Numbered from the stretch's first letter, positions 18,479 through 28,295 are shown. The stretch is 64,000 nt of DNA from Syntrophomonadaceae bacterium (GCA_003556225.1 PWRN01000027.1:10019-74018); one strand, 5' to 3'. Translations and numbers: made by a program. The notes: generated by a model not told the origin, from the sequence alone.

Positions 18479-19633
18479 CTACCGCTGCGACAGGGTAGGG
18501 CTATTTTTTCTGATCACCATGTACTGGCCGATGTGCCGGGCAAAGGACTTACCCTGGCCGTAGACCAGCAGCAGCGGAAAGGCTTCTTCCGGCAAGTTTT
18601 TAAATAAATGCGCCAGGCGATAATCGGTGATGAATTCTTCTTCCAGGGCGTGGAGCAGGGCAGGGATCCGCTCCCGCAAACGAAAAATAATATCCCGCTG
18701 CTTTTTCTTCAGTCGCATTACGTATAACAGGTATTTCAAGTCATGTTCCGGGGTTTCATCAAAAATCATCGTCAAGTACAGGGCTGTAAGGTCGATCTTC
18801 CTGCGAGCAAACGATGAAGCGCTCTCTTTCTCCTGCAGGATGCGCTCCAAGGCCCGCAGGTTGTCAAGCATTCTTTGGCTAAAGCGGGTGCGTGGGAAAA
18901 GCACTTCTAAGAGGCCGAGCTCCTCCAGGCGTGACAGTACGGCAACAGGGGACGGTTCCCTGAAGATCAAAAATGCTTCCTCGTACAACCTTCCTTTGCT
19001 CAAGCGGCTGGTCAAATGGTTATGGCCGGCCGCAACTAACTGGTGGTATGTTTCTGTTTCAAGTTCGAATTGATACCTCTGTTCACAGCGCACGGCCCGA
19101 AAAACCCGGACTGGCTCGTCCACAAAACTGAGCTTGTAAAGAACGCGAATCAGCCCCTGTTCCAGGTCATCCTTTCCGCGAAAATAATCGTACAGTTGCC
19201 CGTAGGTGTCCGTATTCAAGGAACAGGCCATGGTATCGATCGTAAAATCCTGGTTATACATATCACTCTTTAAAAATACGTCGTCTCCAGGCGCTTCGTC
19301 CAGGGTTTTTAAAGAAAATTCCCGCCTGGCGGTGGTCATTTTCACCACGGTATGGTCTTGCAAAAAAAAATCTGCCGTTCCGAATTTCTCCATGACCTGC
19401 AGTCGGCCTTCAAAGAGCTTGTGTAAGCGATGAGCAAAATCAACGGCCGAGCCGTCAATTAACAAAGAAATTTCTGGACTGGGTTGATGGAGAAAAAGGT
19501 CTCGCACAACGTCTCCCACGGCATAGATCCGGGACCCGCCGCAACGGGCGCAGTAACTGCAGAGGTAAAACAATATTTGCAGGTCCCTGGAGAGGCGCTC
19601 GTTGATTAAGGGAAGGAGATTGGTCATTACCAT
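18479..19633 (-). CDS. tRNA nucleotidyltransferase/poly(A) polymerase-like protein with degenerate catalytic motifs
   Basis: VG..VRD, FGTA, TAR.E, DFTI..MA, D.F.G..DL..G.IRVL...SF.D.P.R..RAVR scaffold; DxD and RRD are altered. Confidence 0.8.
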   Translation of the reverse strand: MVMTNLLPLINERLSRDLQILFYLCSYCARCGGSRIYAVGDVVRDLFLHQPSPEISLLIDGSAVDFAHRLHKLFEGRLQVMEKFGTADFFLQDHTVVKMTTARREFSLKTLDEAPGDDVFLKSDMYNQDFTIDTMACSLNTDTYGQLYDYFRGKDDLEQGLIRVLYKLSFVDEPVRVFRAVRCEQRYQFELETETYHQLVAAGHNHLTSRLSKGRLYEEAFLIFREPSPVAVLSRLEELGLLEVLFPRTRFSQRMLDNLRALERILQEKESASSFARRKIDLTALYLTMIFDETPEHDLKYLLYVMRLKKKQRDIIFRLRERIPALLHALEEEFITDYRLAHLFKNLPEEAFPLLLVYGQGKSFARHIGQYMVIRKNSPTLSQR

Positions 19634-19704
19634 GAACCCTTTCAGCTTATTCCAAGCGGGGCAATTTTTGACCGATACGAATGCGCAACTGCATGCACGT
19701 TCCC

Positions 19705-19732
19705 ATTATACCATATCGTGGTAAGGGAACAA
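19705..19732 (-). promoter_or_regulatory. sigma-A-like promoter with extended -10 for the nucleotidyltransferase-trpS cluster
   Basis: TGGTATAAT on the minus strand (TATAAT at 19705-19710); weak -35 TTGTTC. Confidence 0.55.
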
Positions 19733-19746
19733 ATAACCGGAAACAT

Positions 19747-19769
19747 AAAAAAACCTGGTGACCAGGTTT
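19747..19769 (-). terminator. Rho-independent terminator downstream of pdp
   Basis: AAACCTGG-TCA-CCAGG followed by TTTTTTT on the minus strand. Confidence 0.65.
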
Positions 19770-19780
19770 ACGCAAGAACA

Positions 19781-19954
19781 AACTCTTTGTTCCCTGCTTG
19801 CCCTCAACGCAAATCCGATTTGCCTTTACATAAAAGACTTTGGCTGTCCAATTTAGTCAGGTTTCGCGCCGTTTTCCTGCTTGCCCTCAGCGAGCACCGC
19901 AACATGATTAGTCGCAAATCCAGTGGCTGAGGGGAAGCAGGGAAACAAGGGTTT
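19781..19954. repeat. structured intergenic element: long imperfect terminal inverted repeats plus an internal direct copy (candidate sRNA or MITE-like element)
   Basis: TTCCCTGCTTGCCCTCA (19790), TTTCCTGCTTGCCCTCAGC (19873) and inverted TGGCTGAGGGGAAGCAGGGAA (19924-19944). Confidence 0.6.
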
Positions 19955-20044
19955 ATGTCTGAGCAAGCTTGATCATAAAGTAAAGAAATATGCTCCCATG
20001 TATAGAGAAAGATGCCGTGAGCACGGCTGCAGGGGCTCTTTTCG

Positions 20045-21361
20045 TTAGCTGGGAAACGGGGGAACCACGCCGTAGATTAAATGGGGAGATTCAACCTTTT
20101 CATCGCAGATATCAAAGGCATTTGCCAGTTCTTTGCTGGCATTTTTCAAGGAAGCTTCATTGTTCGCATGCACAAAGGCCAGGGTTTCGCCCTTGACCAC
20201 GCTGTCTCCGATTTTGCGGTTTAAGACCACACCCACCTCTGGCCGGATCTGCTGATCTTTGTACATACGCCCCACGCCCAGCCAGACGGCAGCCCGGCCC
20301 ACCCGTTTGGCATCAATTTCACAGAGATAACCCGCTTTTTTTGCTTTCACTTTATGAACAATCCGGGCTTTCGGATAGAGATCCGTGTTTTCCAGGTATG
20401 CGACCTCTCCCCCCTGCGCCTTGACGGTATCTTTAAGCTTCTGGTAGGCGCTGCCGTTTTTCAGCAGTTTTTCCGCCTGCTCCTGGCCTTCTTCGGGATT
20501 TCTTACTTTGCCCACCATGGCAAACATGTAACCGGCCAGCTGCACGCAAAGCCGTTCCACATCCCAGGGCCCTTGACCCTGCAGCACTTTCACCGCTTCG
20601 ATGACCTCCAGGGCATTTCCAACAGCGAAACCCAGGGGCTGGCTCATATCAGAAACAACAGCGACCACGCGGCGGTCCATGTCCTTCCCGATCCTTACGA
20701 GAATCTCGGCCAGGTTGAACGCGTCATCAAGGCCTTCCATGAAAGCCCCGCGCCCCGCCTTGATATCCAGCAAAATGGCCTGGGTTCCCGCGGCCATTTT
20801 TTTACTCATGATGGACGCCGCAATCAGGGAGATGTTTTCTACCGTTCCCGTCACGTCTCGCAAGGCGTAAAGCTTCCCTTCAGCCGGGGTTAACCCCTCG
20901 GTTTGCATCATGATCGCCAGGTTATTGTCCTGGACGATCTCTTTAAAACGCTGGATGGAAAGCCGGGCATTAAAGCCGGGAATACTCTCCAGTTTATCGA
21001 TGGTGCCCCCTGTAAAGCCCAACCCGCGGCCCGAAATTTTTGCCACCGGGATTCCTGCGGCAGCAACGATGGGGGTCAAAATGAGGGTCACCTTGTCGCC
21101 AACCCCGCCGCTGCTGTGCTTGTCCACCACGGTTTTACCCAGGGATGAAAAATCAAGCACTTCTCCGGAATAGGCCAGCGCCGTGGTGAGGGCATTGGTT
21201 TCCTTGGCGTTTAAACCCCGAAAATAAATGGCCATCAGCAGCGAAGCCATCTGGTAGTCCGGTATGGACCCGGTATTGTATTCATGGATCAGAAATTGGA
21301 TTTCCTCGGGAGACAGGCTTTGGCCGTCTCGCTTTTTAATAATCAAATCCAATGCTTGCAT
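20045..21361 (-). CDS. pdp: pyrimidine-nucleoside phosphorylase
   Basis: I.KKRDG, DKHSSGGVGDK, SGRGLGFTGGTIDKLESIPG, LYALRDVT, SIMSKK. Confidence 0.95.
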   Translation of the reverse strand: MQALDLIIKKRDGQSLSPEEIQFLIHEYNTGSIPDYQMASLLMAIYFRGLNAKETNALTTALAYSGEVLDFSSLGKTVVDKHSSGGVGDKVTLILTPIVAAAGIPVAKISGRGLGFTGGTIDKLESIPGFNARLSIQRFKEIVQDNNLAIMMQTEGLTPAEGKLYALRDVTGTVENISLIAASIMSKKMAAGTQAILLDIKAGRGAFMEGLDDAFNLAEILVRIGKDMDRRVVAVVSDMSQPLGFAVGNALEVIEAVKVLQGQGPWDVERLCVQLAGYMFAMVGKVRNPEEGQEQAEKLLKNGSAYQKLKDTVKAQGGEVAYLENTDLYPKARIVHKVKAKKAGYLCEIDAKRVGRAAVWLGVGRMYKDQQIRPEVGVVLNRKIGDSVVKGETLAFVHANNEASLKNASKELANAFDICDEKVESPHLIYGVVPPFPS

Positions 21362-21364
21362 GGT

Positions 21365-22540
21365 TTACTCCTTATAGTTGAGATCCCGGGCAAAGCTGAC
21401 CCCTTCCAGCGATGCGGCAACACCCAGCAGGTCGGCAACTGTTGCTCCAAGGTCCGCAAAACTCTGGCGGGTGCCTAAAGAAATCGCCTTGACCTGCCGG
21501 CCGTAAACCAGCAGGGGAACATACTCCCTGGTGTGATCCGTGCCTGCAAAGGTCGGGTCGCAGCCGTGGTCAGCCGTGATAAAAAGCACATCTTCCTCGT
21601 GTAAGCGGCTGATGAAAGCCCTTAAAAATTGATCAAAAACTTCCAGCGCCCCCAAAAACCCCTTCACATCATTGCGGTGACCGTAGAGCATATCAAAATC
21701 AACCAGGGTCGCCCAGATGATCCCCCGAAAGGGTTGTTCGATACACCCCATCAAGCTTTGCATGATGCCTTTGTTACCCCGGTCTTGCTGGTGCCGCGTG
21801 ATTCCCTGTCCTGAAAAAATATCGTAGGCTTTGCCAACAACCCATACCTCGAGCCCGGCCTGGCTTACGGCATCCAACAAGGTCGGTGCGGGAGGCGGCA
21901 AAGAAAAGTCTTTCCGGTTCTCGGTGCGAAAGAAATGACCGGCCGATCCCTGAAAAGGGCGGGCAATCACCCTGCCCACGGCATGTTCCCCCAGGAAAAT
22001 CTCCTTCCGCGCCTTTACACACCAATCATAAAGGGTTTCCACGGGAACCACATCTTCGTGGGCTGCAACCTGGAAGACGCTGTCTGCTGAAGTATAGACG
22101 ATGGGCCGTCCAGTTTCCAGGTGCGCCTTACCCAGGTGGTTAATGATTTCCGTTCCCGATGCAGCCAAGTTGCCAAGGACCCTTTTTCCCACGTAGGCTT
22201 CAAAGGGAGTGATCACCGCTTCGGGAAAGCCTTGAGGATAAACGGGGAACGGTTGATCCACGGGAACACCTGCAAGTTCCCAGTGGCCGGAGATGGTATC
22301 CTTGCCGCGGGAACGCTGGGCCATTTTACCATAGGCGCCCCGGATCTGCGGGGTTGTCTCCAGGGACTCCACCAGTTCCCCCAGACCCAGGGAGACGAGG
22401 CCCGGCAGGGAATAACCTGGAGAAGCGGAGAGAACATGGCCCAGGGTATTGCTGCCCTCATCCCCGTACAGGTACGCATCGGGCAAGGCACCCACCCCCA
22501 GGCCGTCCAATACCAGGATTACGATACGATGCACGTTCAT
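21365..22540 (-). CDS. deoB: phosphopentomutase
   Basis: VLDG.G.G..PDA, GKDT..GHWE, YTSADSVFQ.AAH, DFDMLYGHR.D, TADHG.DP, DHTRE.VP. Confidence 0.96.
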   Translation of the reverse strand: MNVHRIVILVLDGLGVGALPDAYLYGDEGSNTLGHVLSASPGYSLPGLVSLGLGELVESLETTPQIRGAYGKMAQRSRGKDTISGHWELAGVPVDQPFPVYPQGFPEAVITPFEAYVGKRVLGNLAASGTEIINHLGKAHLETGRPIVYTSADSVFQVAAHEDVVPVETLYDWCVKARKEIFLGEHAVGRVIARPFQGSAGHFFRTENRKDFSLPPPAPTLLDAVSQAGLEVWVVGKAYDIFSGQGITRHQQDRGNKGIMQSLMGCIEQPFRGIIWATLVDFDMLYGHRNDVKGFLGALEVFDQFLRAFISRLHEEDVLFITADHGCDPTFAGTDHTREYVPLLVYGRQVKAISLGTRQSFADLGATVADLLGVAASLEGVSFARDLNYKE

Positions 22541-22602
22541 GTGATCACCCGTTTCCTAGCCCGGCGCTGGAAAAGGCTGGTCTGCAGTTCGCGGCAGCAC
22601 GT

Positions 22603-23490
22603 CTAGGCGCGAGGATGAGCCTGGTCATACACTTCCTTGATTTTCTTCCGCGTCAGCTGGGTGTAAATCTGAGTCGTGGAGATATCCGCATGACCCAGCA
22701 TCTCCTGGACTGAACGCAAATCTGCGCCATTTTCCAGCAAGTGGGTCGCGAAAGAATGGCGCAGCGTATGCGGCGTAATCTCTGCATTAATGCCTGCCCG
22801 GAGAACATACTTTTTTAATATCTTCCAGAACCCCTGCCGGGTTAAACGTTTACCGTGCTGGTTGAGAAAAAGTGCCTTTTCGTCCTGGTTCTTCAATAAT
22901 TTTCTGCGGCTGCGTGCTAAATAATCCTGCAAGCAATGGATGGCGACGGATCCCAGCGGGATCATTCTCTCTTTTCCACCTTTGCCATCACAGCGCAAGA
23001 ACCCCATTTTGATGTTGGCATGATTGAGGTTCAAGGACACCAGTTCAGAAACGCGGATCCCGGTCGCGTAGATGAGCTCCAGCATGGCTTTATCCCTGGT
23101 GCCAATTTCACAATTGGTCTGGGGTTGTTCCAGCAGAAGTTCGATATCGCTAAAGGAGAGCACATGGGGCAGTTTCTTTTCCATTCTCGGGGTTTCGAGC
23201 TCGATGGCGGGGTTTTCCTGAATAAACTGTTCTTTTAAAAGGAACTGGTAAAAGGATCGCAGGGAAGCGAGACTTCGGCCGATGGATGAAGGGGCCAGGC
23301 CGTTTTCTTGCTGCAGGTTTAAATAATCGCTGATCTGCTTCCTGGAAGTCTCTTTGAAGCATTGCACGTTGTTTTTTTGCAAGAAAGCCACATATTTTTT
23401 CAGGTCTCGCTGGTAAGACTCCAGGGTATTGTCGGCAAGTCCTTTTTCCACGGAAAGATGATAAATATATTCTTTCAAAAGCTGCTCCAT
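22603..23490 (-). CDS. xerD: site-specific tyrosine recombinase XerD
   Basis: RD.AMLEL.YATG.R.SEL, GKG.KER, TPHTLRHSFATHLL.NGADLRSVQEMLGH.DISTTQIYT; nudF-xerD-deoB synteny. Confidence 0.96.
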   Translation of the reverse strand: MEQLLKEYIYHLSVEKGLADNTLESYQRDLKKYVAFLQKNNVQCFKETSRKQISDYLNLQQENGLAPSSIGRSLASLRSFYQFLLKEQFIQENPAIELETPRMEKKLPHVLSFSDIELLLEQPQTNCEIGTRDKAMLELIYATGIRVSELVSLNLNHANIKMGFLRCDGKGGKERMIPLGSVAIHCLQDYLARSRRKLLKNQDEKALFLNQHGKRLTRQGFWKILKKYVLRAGINAEITPHTLRHSFATHLLENGADLRSVQEMLGHADISTTQIYTQLTRKKIKEVYDQAHPRA

Positions 23491-23733
23491 CCGGTAATAA
23501 CCCCTTTACGATAATTCCGCGGCCTGGTGATTAGACCCGTCCAGGAAAAAACCGGTTATGTTCCTGCTTGCCATGAACCCACGGGATTGAAACGAAAAAA
23601 GAAAACCCTCGCGCAACTTTCTTGCCAGATTGCGCAACAATAACCAACTATTCCACGCGGCTGGTTAAAAACCCTTTAAAAATGTTTTGTCGGGATAACA
23701 ATCTTTTCATATCTTTAACCACAGTAGAAGACC

Positions 23734-24270
23734 CTACAATCCCAGGTATTGCCGTGCCATCAGCAGGCCGACAATGGTTTTTCCGTCTTCCACAACCCCG
23801 CTTTGAATTTTGGCGAGCCCTTCTTTCAGGGGAAAACTTTCCAGTAAAATAAATTCATCGTCCGGCTGGGCCACGGTCTTTTTTACTAGATCTTGTGCCA
23901 GGTAGATGTGAATCACTTCGCTGGAAAAGCCCGGCGACGGATAAAACGAAGTAAGCTTCACCAGTTTGTTGCTCGCAAACCCGATCTCTTCGGCCAATTC
24001 CCTTTGCGCACAGGCTTCCAGTGTTTCCCCTTTCTCGATCAGGCCCGCCGGTATTTCCAAGAGAACTTTCTCGGCAGCTTTCCTAAACTGGCGGATACAA
24101 AGCACTTCCTGATTATCATTGATAGGAATGATCGCCACCGCTCCTGCGTGCTCCACGATTTCACGCTTGCTTTCGTTGTCGTCGGGCAGGAGCACCTCAT
24201 CCACGCGCACGGTAACCACCTTACCGCGAAAGGGATAACTGGAGCGCAGCGTTTTTTCTTCAAGCTCCAC
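23734..24270 (-). CDS. nudF: ADP-ribose pyrophosphatase (NUDIX)
   Basis: REIVEH.GAV, EIPAG..E.GE.....AQRELAEE.G Nudix box, SPGF..E, D.KT. Confidence 0.9.
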   Translation of the reverse strand: MELEEKTLRSSYPFRGKVVTVRVDEVLLPDDNESKREIVEHAGAVAIIPINDNQEVLCIRQFRKAAEKVLLEIPAGLIEKGETLEACAQRELAEEIGFASNKLVKLTSFYPSPGFSSEVIHIYLAQDLVKKTVAQPDDEFILLESFPLKEGLAKIQSGVVEDGKTIVGLLMARQYLGL

Positions 24271-24372
24271 CAGGAACACCTCTTTTCTCATCGTATTTAT
24301 GCCGGAACCGGTTTTGGGCCCGGCAGGGCATTACTTCTCTCCCGCTTCCTGCGCAGGTTGATTTTCCAGTCG

Positions 24373-25233
24373 TCACGGTTTATCTCGCAGCTTCAGCAGC
24401 CGGGCCGCATTTAAGCCCAGGATCTTTCTTTTACCTTCTTCCGACAGGGGAAGCCCTTCGATGGTTTCAATGTTCTTTTTGATGGAGGGAACAGCCGGCC
24501 AATCGGTCCCAAAAATGGTCTTGGAAGACAGTCTTTCCAGCCCGGGGAGATACTGCAACAAATTTTGGGGAGGCAATCCGGCAATCTCCAGGTAGACGTT
24601 TCGATGGAGTTGGGCCAGGAATGCGGCTTTGTCATACCAGAACCCGCGACCGCTGTGGACCAGCAAAATGGTTAGATGAGGAAAATCCACCGCCACATCG
24701 TCCCAGTAAATGGGGTCGGCATAGCGCAGCCTTGTCCAGGGAAAAATCGAACTGCCCGTATGAGACATGATCACGATTCCCCGGTCCTGGGCTACCTGGT
24801 AGAGGGGGTACAGCCGGCGGTCATGGGGATAAAAATGCTGGTACGAGGGAAGCAGTTTGAGTCCCCACATCTGCAGATCTTCCAGGCAGTAGAGGAGCTC
24901 TTCTTCCGGCCGGGTGACCAGGTACGGATTAATATTGGCAAAAGGGATCAGCCGGGGGTGGTTTTGACAGAATGCCGCCACGTATTCATTGGAGGTCATC
25001 CCCGTGGAGATCGGGGAAGATTCGGCCAGGCAAACCCCGTAATCGACGCCGTTTTCTTTTAAGAGCTCAGAAAGTTTGCCCGGGTCAATTTCTCCCCGGG
25101 AATCTGATACCCTATCCAGGCCGCTTCCCCGCGGGACAAAACTTTCGATCCATTCCCAAACAAAAGGTTTCGTCATCTCCCGGCTGCCCACGTGGAGGTG
25201 GAAGTCTATGACCAGGTCATTGCTGCCCGCCAT
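24373..25233 (-). CDS. amidohydrolase family protein (amidohydro_2, metal-dependent)
   Basis: IDFHLH, GLKL.P, HTG, H.G, FGTDWP, KILG.NAARLL. Confidence 0.85.
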   Translation of the reverse strand: MAGSNDLVIDFHLHVGSREMTKPFVWEWIESFVPRGSGLDRVSDSRGEIDPGKLSELLKENGVDYGVCLAESSPISTGMTSNEYVAAFCQNHPRLIPFANINPYLVTRPEEELLYCLEDLQMWGLKLLPSYQHFYPHDRRLYPLYQVAQDRGIVIMSHTGSSIFPWTRLRYADPIYWDDVAVDFPHLTILLVHSGRGFWYDKAAFLAQLHRNVYLEIAGLPPQNLLQYLPGLERLSSKTIFGTDWPAVPSIKKNIETIEGLPLSEEGKRKILGLNAARLLKLRDKP

Positions 25234-25272
25234 ACCTGCACACATCCTTTACATATCGCGCTGGACCGAGAA

Positions 25273-26418
25273 CTAAACTCGGCCTTTTAAGACTTCATTG
25301 GCCAGCACAAGTCGTTGAATTTCACTGGTGCCCTCGTAAATTTGCATGATCTTGGCATCCCGCATGTATTTCTCCATGGGGTAATCCTTCATGTAGCCGT
25401 AACCGCCCATCACCTGCAGGGCTTCGGTGGTGACTTCCATGGCCATATCCCCGGCAAAAGCCTTGGACATGGCAGAATGGGCCGACAGGCGTTTTTCCTG
25501 TTTATCAACTTTAAAAGCCGCCTGCAGCACCAGCAGCCTGGCTGCTTCAATTTTCATGGCCATATTTGCCAGCTTGAATTGAATGGCCTGGAAAGAGCTG
25601 ATAGGCTTCCCGAACTGCTCTCGCTCCCGGGCATAGCTCACGGCACGCTCATATGCCGCCCGGGCGATACCCACGGCCATGGCCCCGACCATGGGGCGTG
25701 AAATATCCAGGGTGGTCATGGCAATGCGAAAACCGCCGCCTTCCTGGCCTAAAACATTCTCTTCCGGCACGAAGACATCTTCAAAGAGGACTTCCGTGGT
25801 ATTGGAGGCCCGGATACCCATTTTATTCTCTTTTTTCCCGGGCTCCAGGCCGGGAAAATCGCGTTCTAACACGAGCGCCGTGAGCCCCCGCGCGCCGCGG
25901 GAGCGGTCAACGGTGGCAAAAACGGTGTAATAGTCTGCAATGCCCCCGTTGGTGATGAAACACTTCCGTCCGTTGATCATGTACCCCTTGTCCACCTTCT
26001 TGGCCAGGGTAGAAATGGCGGCGGCGTCAGAGCCCGCACCCGGCTCCGTTAGGCAGAACGCGGCAAATTTCCCCTCAGACAGAGGGGTTAAGTATTTTTC
26101 TTTTTGCTCGTGGCTCCCGCCCACCAGGATGGGGTAAGCGGCCAGGGAATTGGCTGCAGCGCTGGTTGTGATCCCGGCGCAGCCCCGGGACAGCTCTTCT
26201 ACCACCAGGCAGGAGGTCACACAGTCCATCCCGCCTCCGCCGTATTCTTCAGGGATCGTCATGGTGCTGTATCCCTGGTAGATCATTTCTTTGAGCAGGT
26301 CGATGGGTGTTTCATTTTCCTCGTCGTACTTGGCCGCAACGGGAATCATGGCTTTTTCCGCATACTCGCGGGCGGCTTTTTTCATGTCTACCTGTTCGGG
26401 CGTAAAGTCAAAGTTCAT
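25273..26418 (-). CDS. acyl-CoA dehydrogenase (short-chain/butyryl-CoA type)
   Basis: PEEYGG.G, FCLTEPGAGSD, NGRKCFITNG, KMGIRAS, R.QFGKPI..FQ, GGYGY..DYPMEKYMRDAK..QIYEGT. Confidence 0.95.
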   Translation of the reverse strand: MNFDFTPEQVDMKKAAREYAEKAMIPVAAKYDEENETPIDLLKEMIYQGYSTMTIPEEYGGGGMDCVTSCLVVEELSRGCAGITTSAAANSLAAYPILVGGSHEQKEKYLTPLSEGKFAAFCLTEPGAGSDAAAISTLAKKVDKGYMINGRKCFITNGGIADYYTVFATVDRSRGARGLTALVLERDFPGLEPGKKENKMGIRASNTTEVLFEDVFVPEENVLGQEGGGFRIAMTTLDISRPMVGAMAVGIARAAYERAVSYAREREQFGKPISSFQAIQFKLANMAMKIEAARLLVLQAAFKVDKQEKRLSAHSAMSKAFAGDMAMEVTTEALQVMGGYGYMKDYPMEKYMRDAKIMQIYEGTSEIQRLVLANEVLKGRV

Positions 26419-26606
26419 TGTTGTTGCTTGCCTTAACCGGATCGTTAAAGCAAGTGACACCTCCTTTTCTTGCTGCTTCTTTTTTACTATTCTTCATTAT
26501 CCTATCGGCTCCCGCCGGCTTATTATCCCGTTGAAGTGGCCAGGATGCAGTTTCGGTGTTCACCCTGCTTCAGGGCAATTTTCTCGTCTAAAACTGCCAG
26601 ATAAGA

Positions 26607-28295
26607 TCATGTTCTTCCCTGGTCTTTTTCCAGTAACTTTTCGGCGTGGCGTTTTGTAATTTCGCTGCTCTCTTCGCCTCCCAGCATGCGGGCGATTTCT
26701 TCAATACGCATGTTTGTGTCCAGGTATTTCAGCCGGGTTACCGTGCGGTTGCTGCTGAATTCTTTGTAAATGTTATACTGGTGATGGGCTTTTCCGGCAA
26801 TATGAGGGCTGTGGGTGACACAAACCACCTGGTGATACGCGCTAAGATCCGCCAGTTTTTCAGCCACCCGCTGGATGGTTTTCCCCCCGATCCCGCTGTC
26901 GATTTCATCAAAGATCAATGTGGGAATATGATCCTGTTCAGCCAAAATGCTCTTCAAGGCCAGCATGACCCGGGCCATTTCCCCGGCAGAAATAATCCTG
27001 GACAGGGGTTTCGCTTCTTCACCCGGGTTTGCCGAAAACAAAAACTCCACGTTTTCTTTCCCCAGGCGATCGGGCGTTTCCTTCTGGCGGAAAGAAACCT
27101 GGAATTTTCCGCCCGCGATCCCCAGTTCCTGCAGCAATTCGATCACCAGCGATTCGATGGTCTCTGCGGCGTCTTTCCTTTTTGCAAAGAGAGCAGCAGC
27201 ACGAAGCTTCATCTGCTCCTCGATGGCTTGCCGTTCCCTCTCCAGGGCTGTTAAACGGGCTTCACTATTTTCCAGGTCTTCGATCTCCTTTTGACATCTT
27301 TCTTGAAAGGCCCGCACCTCCTGTACCGTTTGACCGTATTTTCTTTTTAAGTTTCGATAGATTTCCAGGCGGTCCTCCGTCTCCTGGCGTTCCTCCGCTG
27401 AAAAGTTGAGACGGTCCTGGTAACGGAAGAGCTCGTGACTTAACTCCGTCAATCCTGTAGAAGCTTCTTCCAGGACTTCCGCATACCCTTGAAACTCCGG
27501 ATCAAAGCGGCTGAGCATAAGCAGCTCCTCTTTTATGCGATTGATTCGATCCAAAACCGGTATTGTTTCAGACTCACCCTGGTAGAGTTCATGGTACGCC
27601 CGGTGAACCGCCGCGAGCAGTTTCTCCTGGTTATCCAGCAGGGAAAGCTTCTGCTGCAGGCGCTCTTCTTCCTGCGGATCCAGGGCGGCGGCTGCGATCT
27701 CATCCCGCTGGTAAGACAACAGCTCCAACTTACGGGCCCGTTCTTGGGGATTCTCTCCCAGCGCCTTTAACGCCTGCTGAATTTTCTGCCTTTTCTGGTA
27801 GAGAGACTGCCAATGTTCTCTCTCCTCTAGCAACGCCTCTCCGCCGAACTCATCCAGCAGGAGGAGATTTTGCTCCGCATGCAGCAAGGATTGATGGCTG
27901 TGCTGCCCGTGTAAGTCCACCAGGAAGCGTCCTATTTCCTTCAGGGTAGAGAGCGGCACCATGCGGGCATTCACCCGGCAAACGTTGCGCCCGCTTGCGG
28001 ATATCTCCCGGGAAAGAATCAAGTTCTCCGCGGGTTCAACCCCGATCTCCTGCAGTTTCATCGCCAGGGCCGGCTGGACCCCGGACCACGTAAAAGCCGC
28101 TTCGATCACGGCCTTGTCAAAACCGGAGCGAATCTGCTCGCTGGAAGCCCTTTCCCCCAAGAGCAGGCTGATCGCACCCACCACGATGGATTTCCCGGCC
28201 CCCGTTTCACCGGTTAAGACATTCAAACCCGGGTAGAGGTCAAAAGAAAGTTCTTCGATTAACGCGAAATTTTTCATCGATAAAAAAACCAGCAA
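26607..28295 (-). CDS. recN: DNA repair protein RecN
   Basis: NFALI, LTGETGAGKS, HGQH, S.GE..R.MLALK, FDEID.G, CVTH.P.IA. Confidence 0.96.
   Translation of the reverse strand: MLVFLSMKNFALIEELSFDLYPGLNVLTGETGAGKSIVVGAISLLLGERASSEQIRSGFDKAVIEAAFTWSGVQPALAMKLQEIGVEPAENLILSREISASGRNVCRVNARMVPLSTLKEIGRFLVDLHGQHSHQSLLHAEQNLLLLDEFGGEALLEEREHWQSLYQKRQKIQQALKALGENPQERARKLELLSYQRDEIAAAALDPQEEERLQQKLSLLDNQEKLLAAVHRAYHELYQGESETIPVLDRINRIKEELLMLSRFDPEFQGYAEVLEEASTGLTELSHELFRYQDRLNFSAEERQETEDRLEIYRNLKRKYGQTVQEVRAFQERCQKEIEDLENSEARLTALERERQAIEEQMKLRAAALFAKRKDAAETIESLVIELLQELGIAGGKFQVSFRQKETPDRLGKENVEFLFSANPGEEAKPLSRIISAGEMARVMLALKSILAEQDHIPTLIFDEIDSGIGGKTIQRVAEKLADLSAYHQVVCVTHSPHIAGKAHHQYNIYKEFSSNRTVTRLKYLDTNMRIEEIARMLGGEESSEITKRHAEKLLEKDQGRT

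Noticed and set aside
19800..19860. GGCAAA-containing segment as a possible c-di-GMP-I riboswitch
   Set aside because: Lacks the GAAA-tetraloop P2 and GCAAAGC P3 arrangement; better explained by the local repeat structure
22603..23490. Tyrosine recombinase as a possible integrase or mobile element
   Set aside because: Housekeeping XerD in the standard nudF-xerD-deoB context; no att sites or cargo seen
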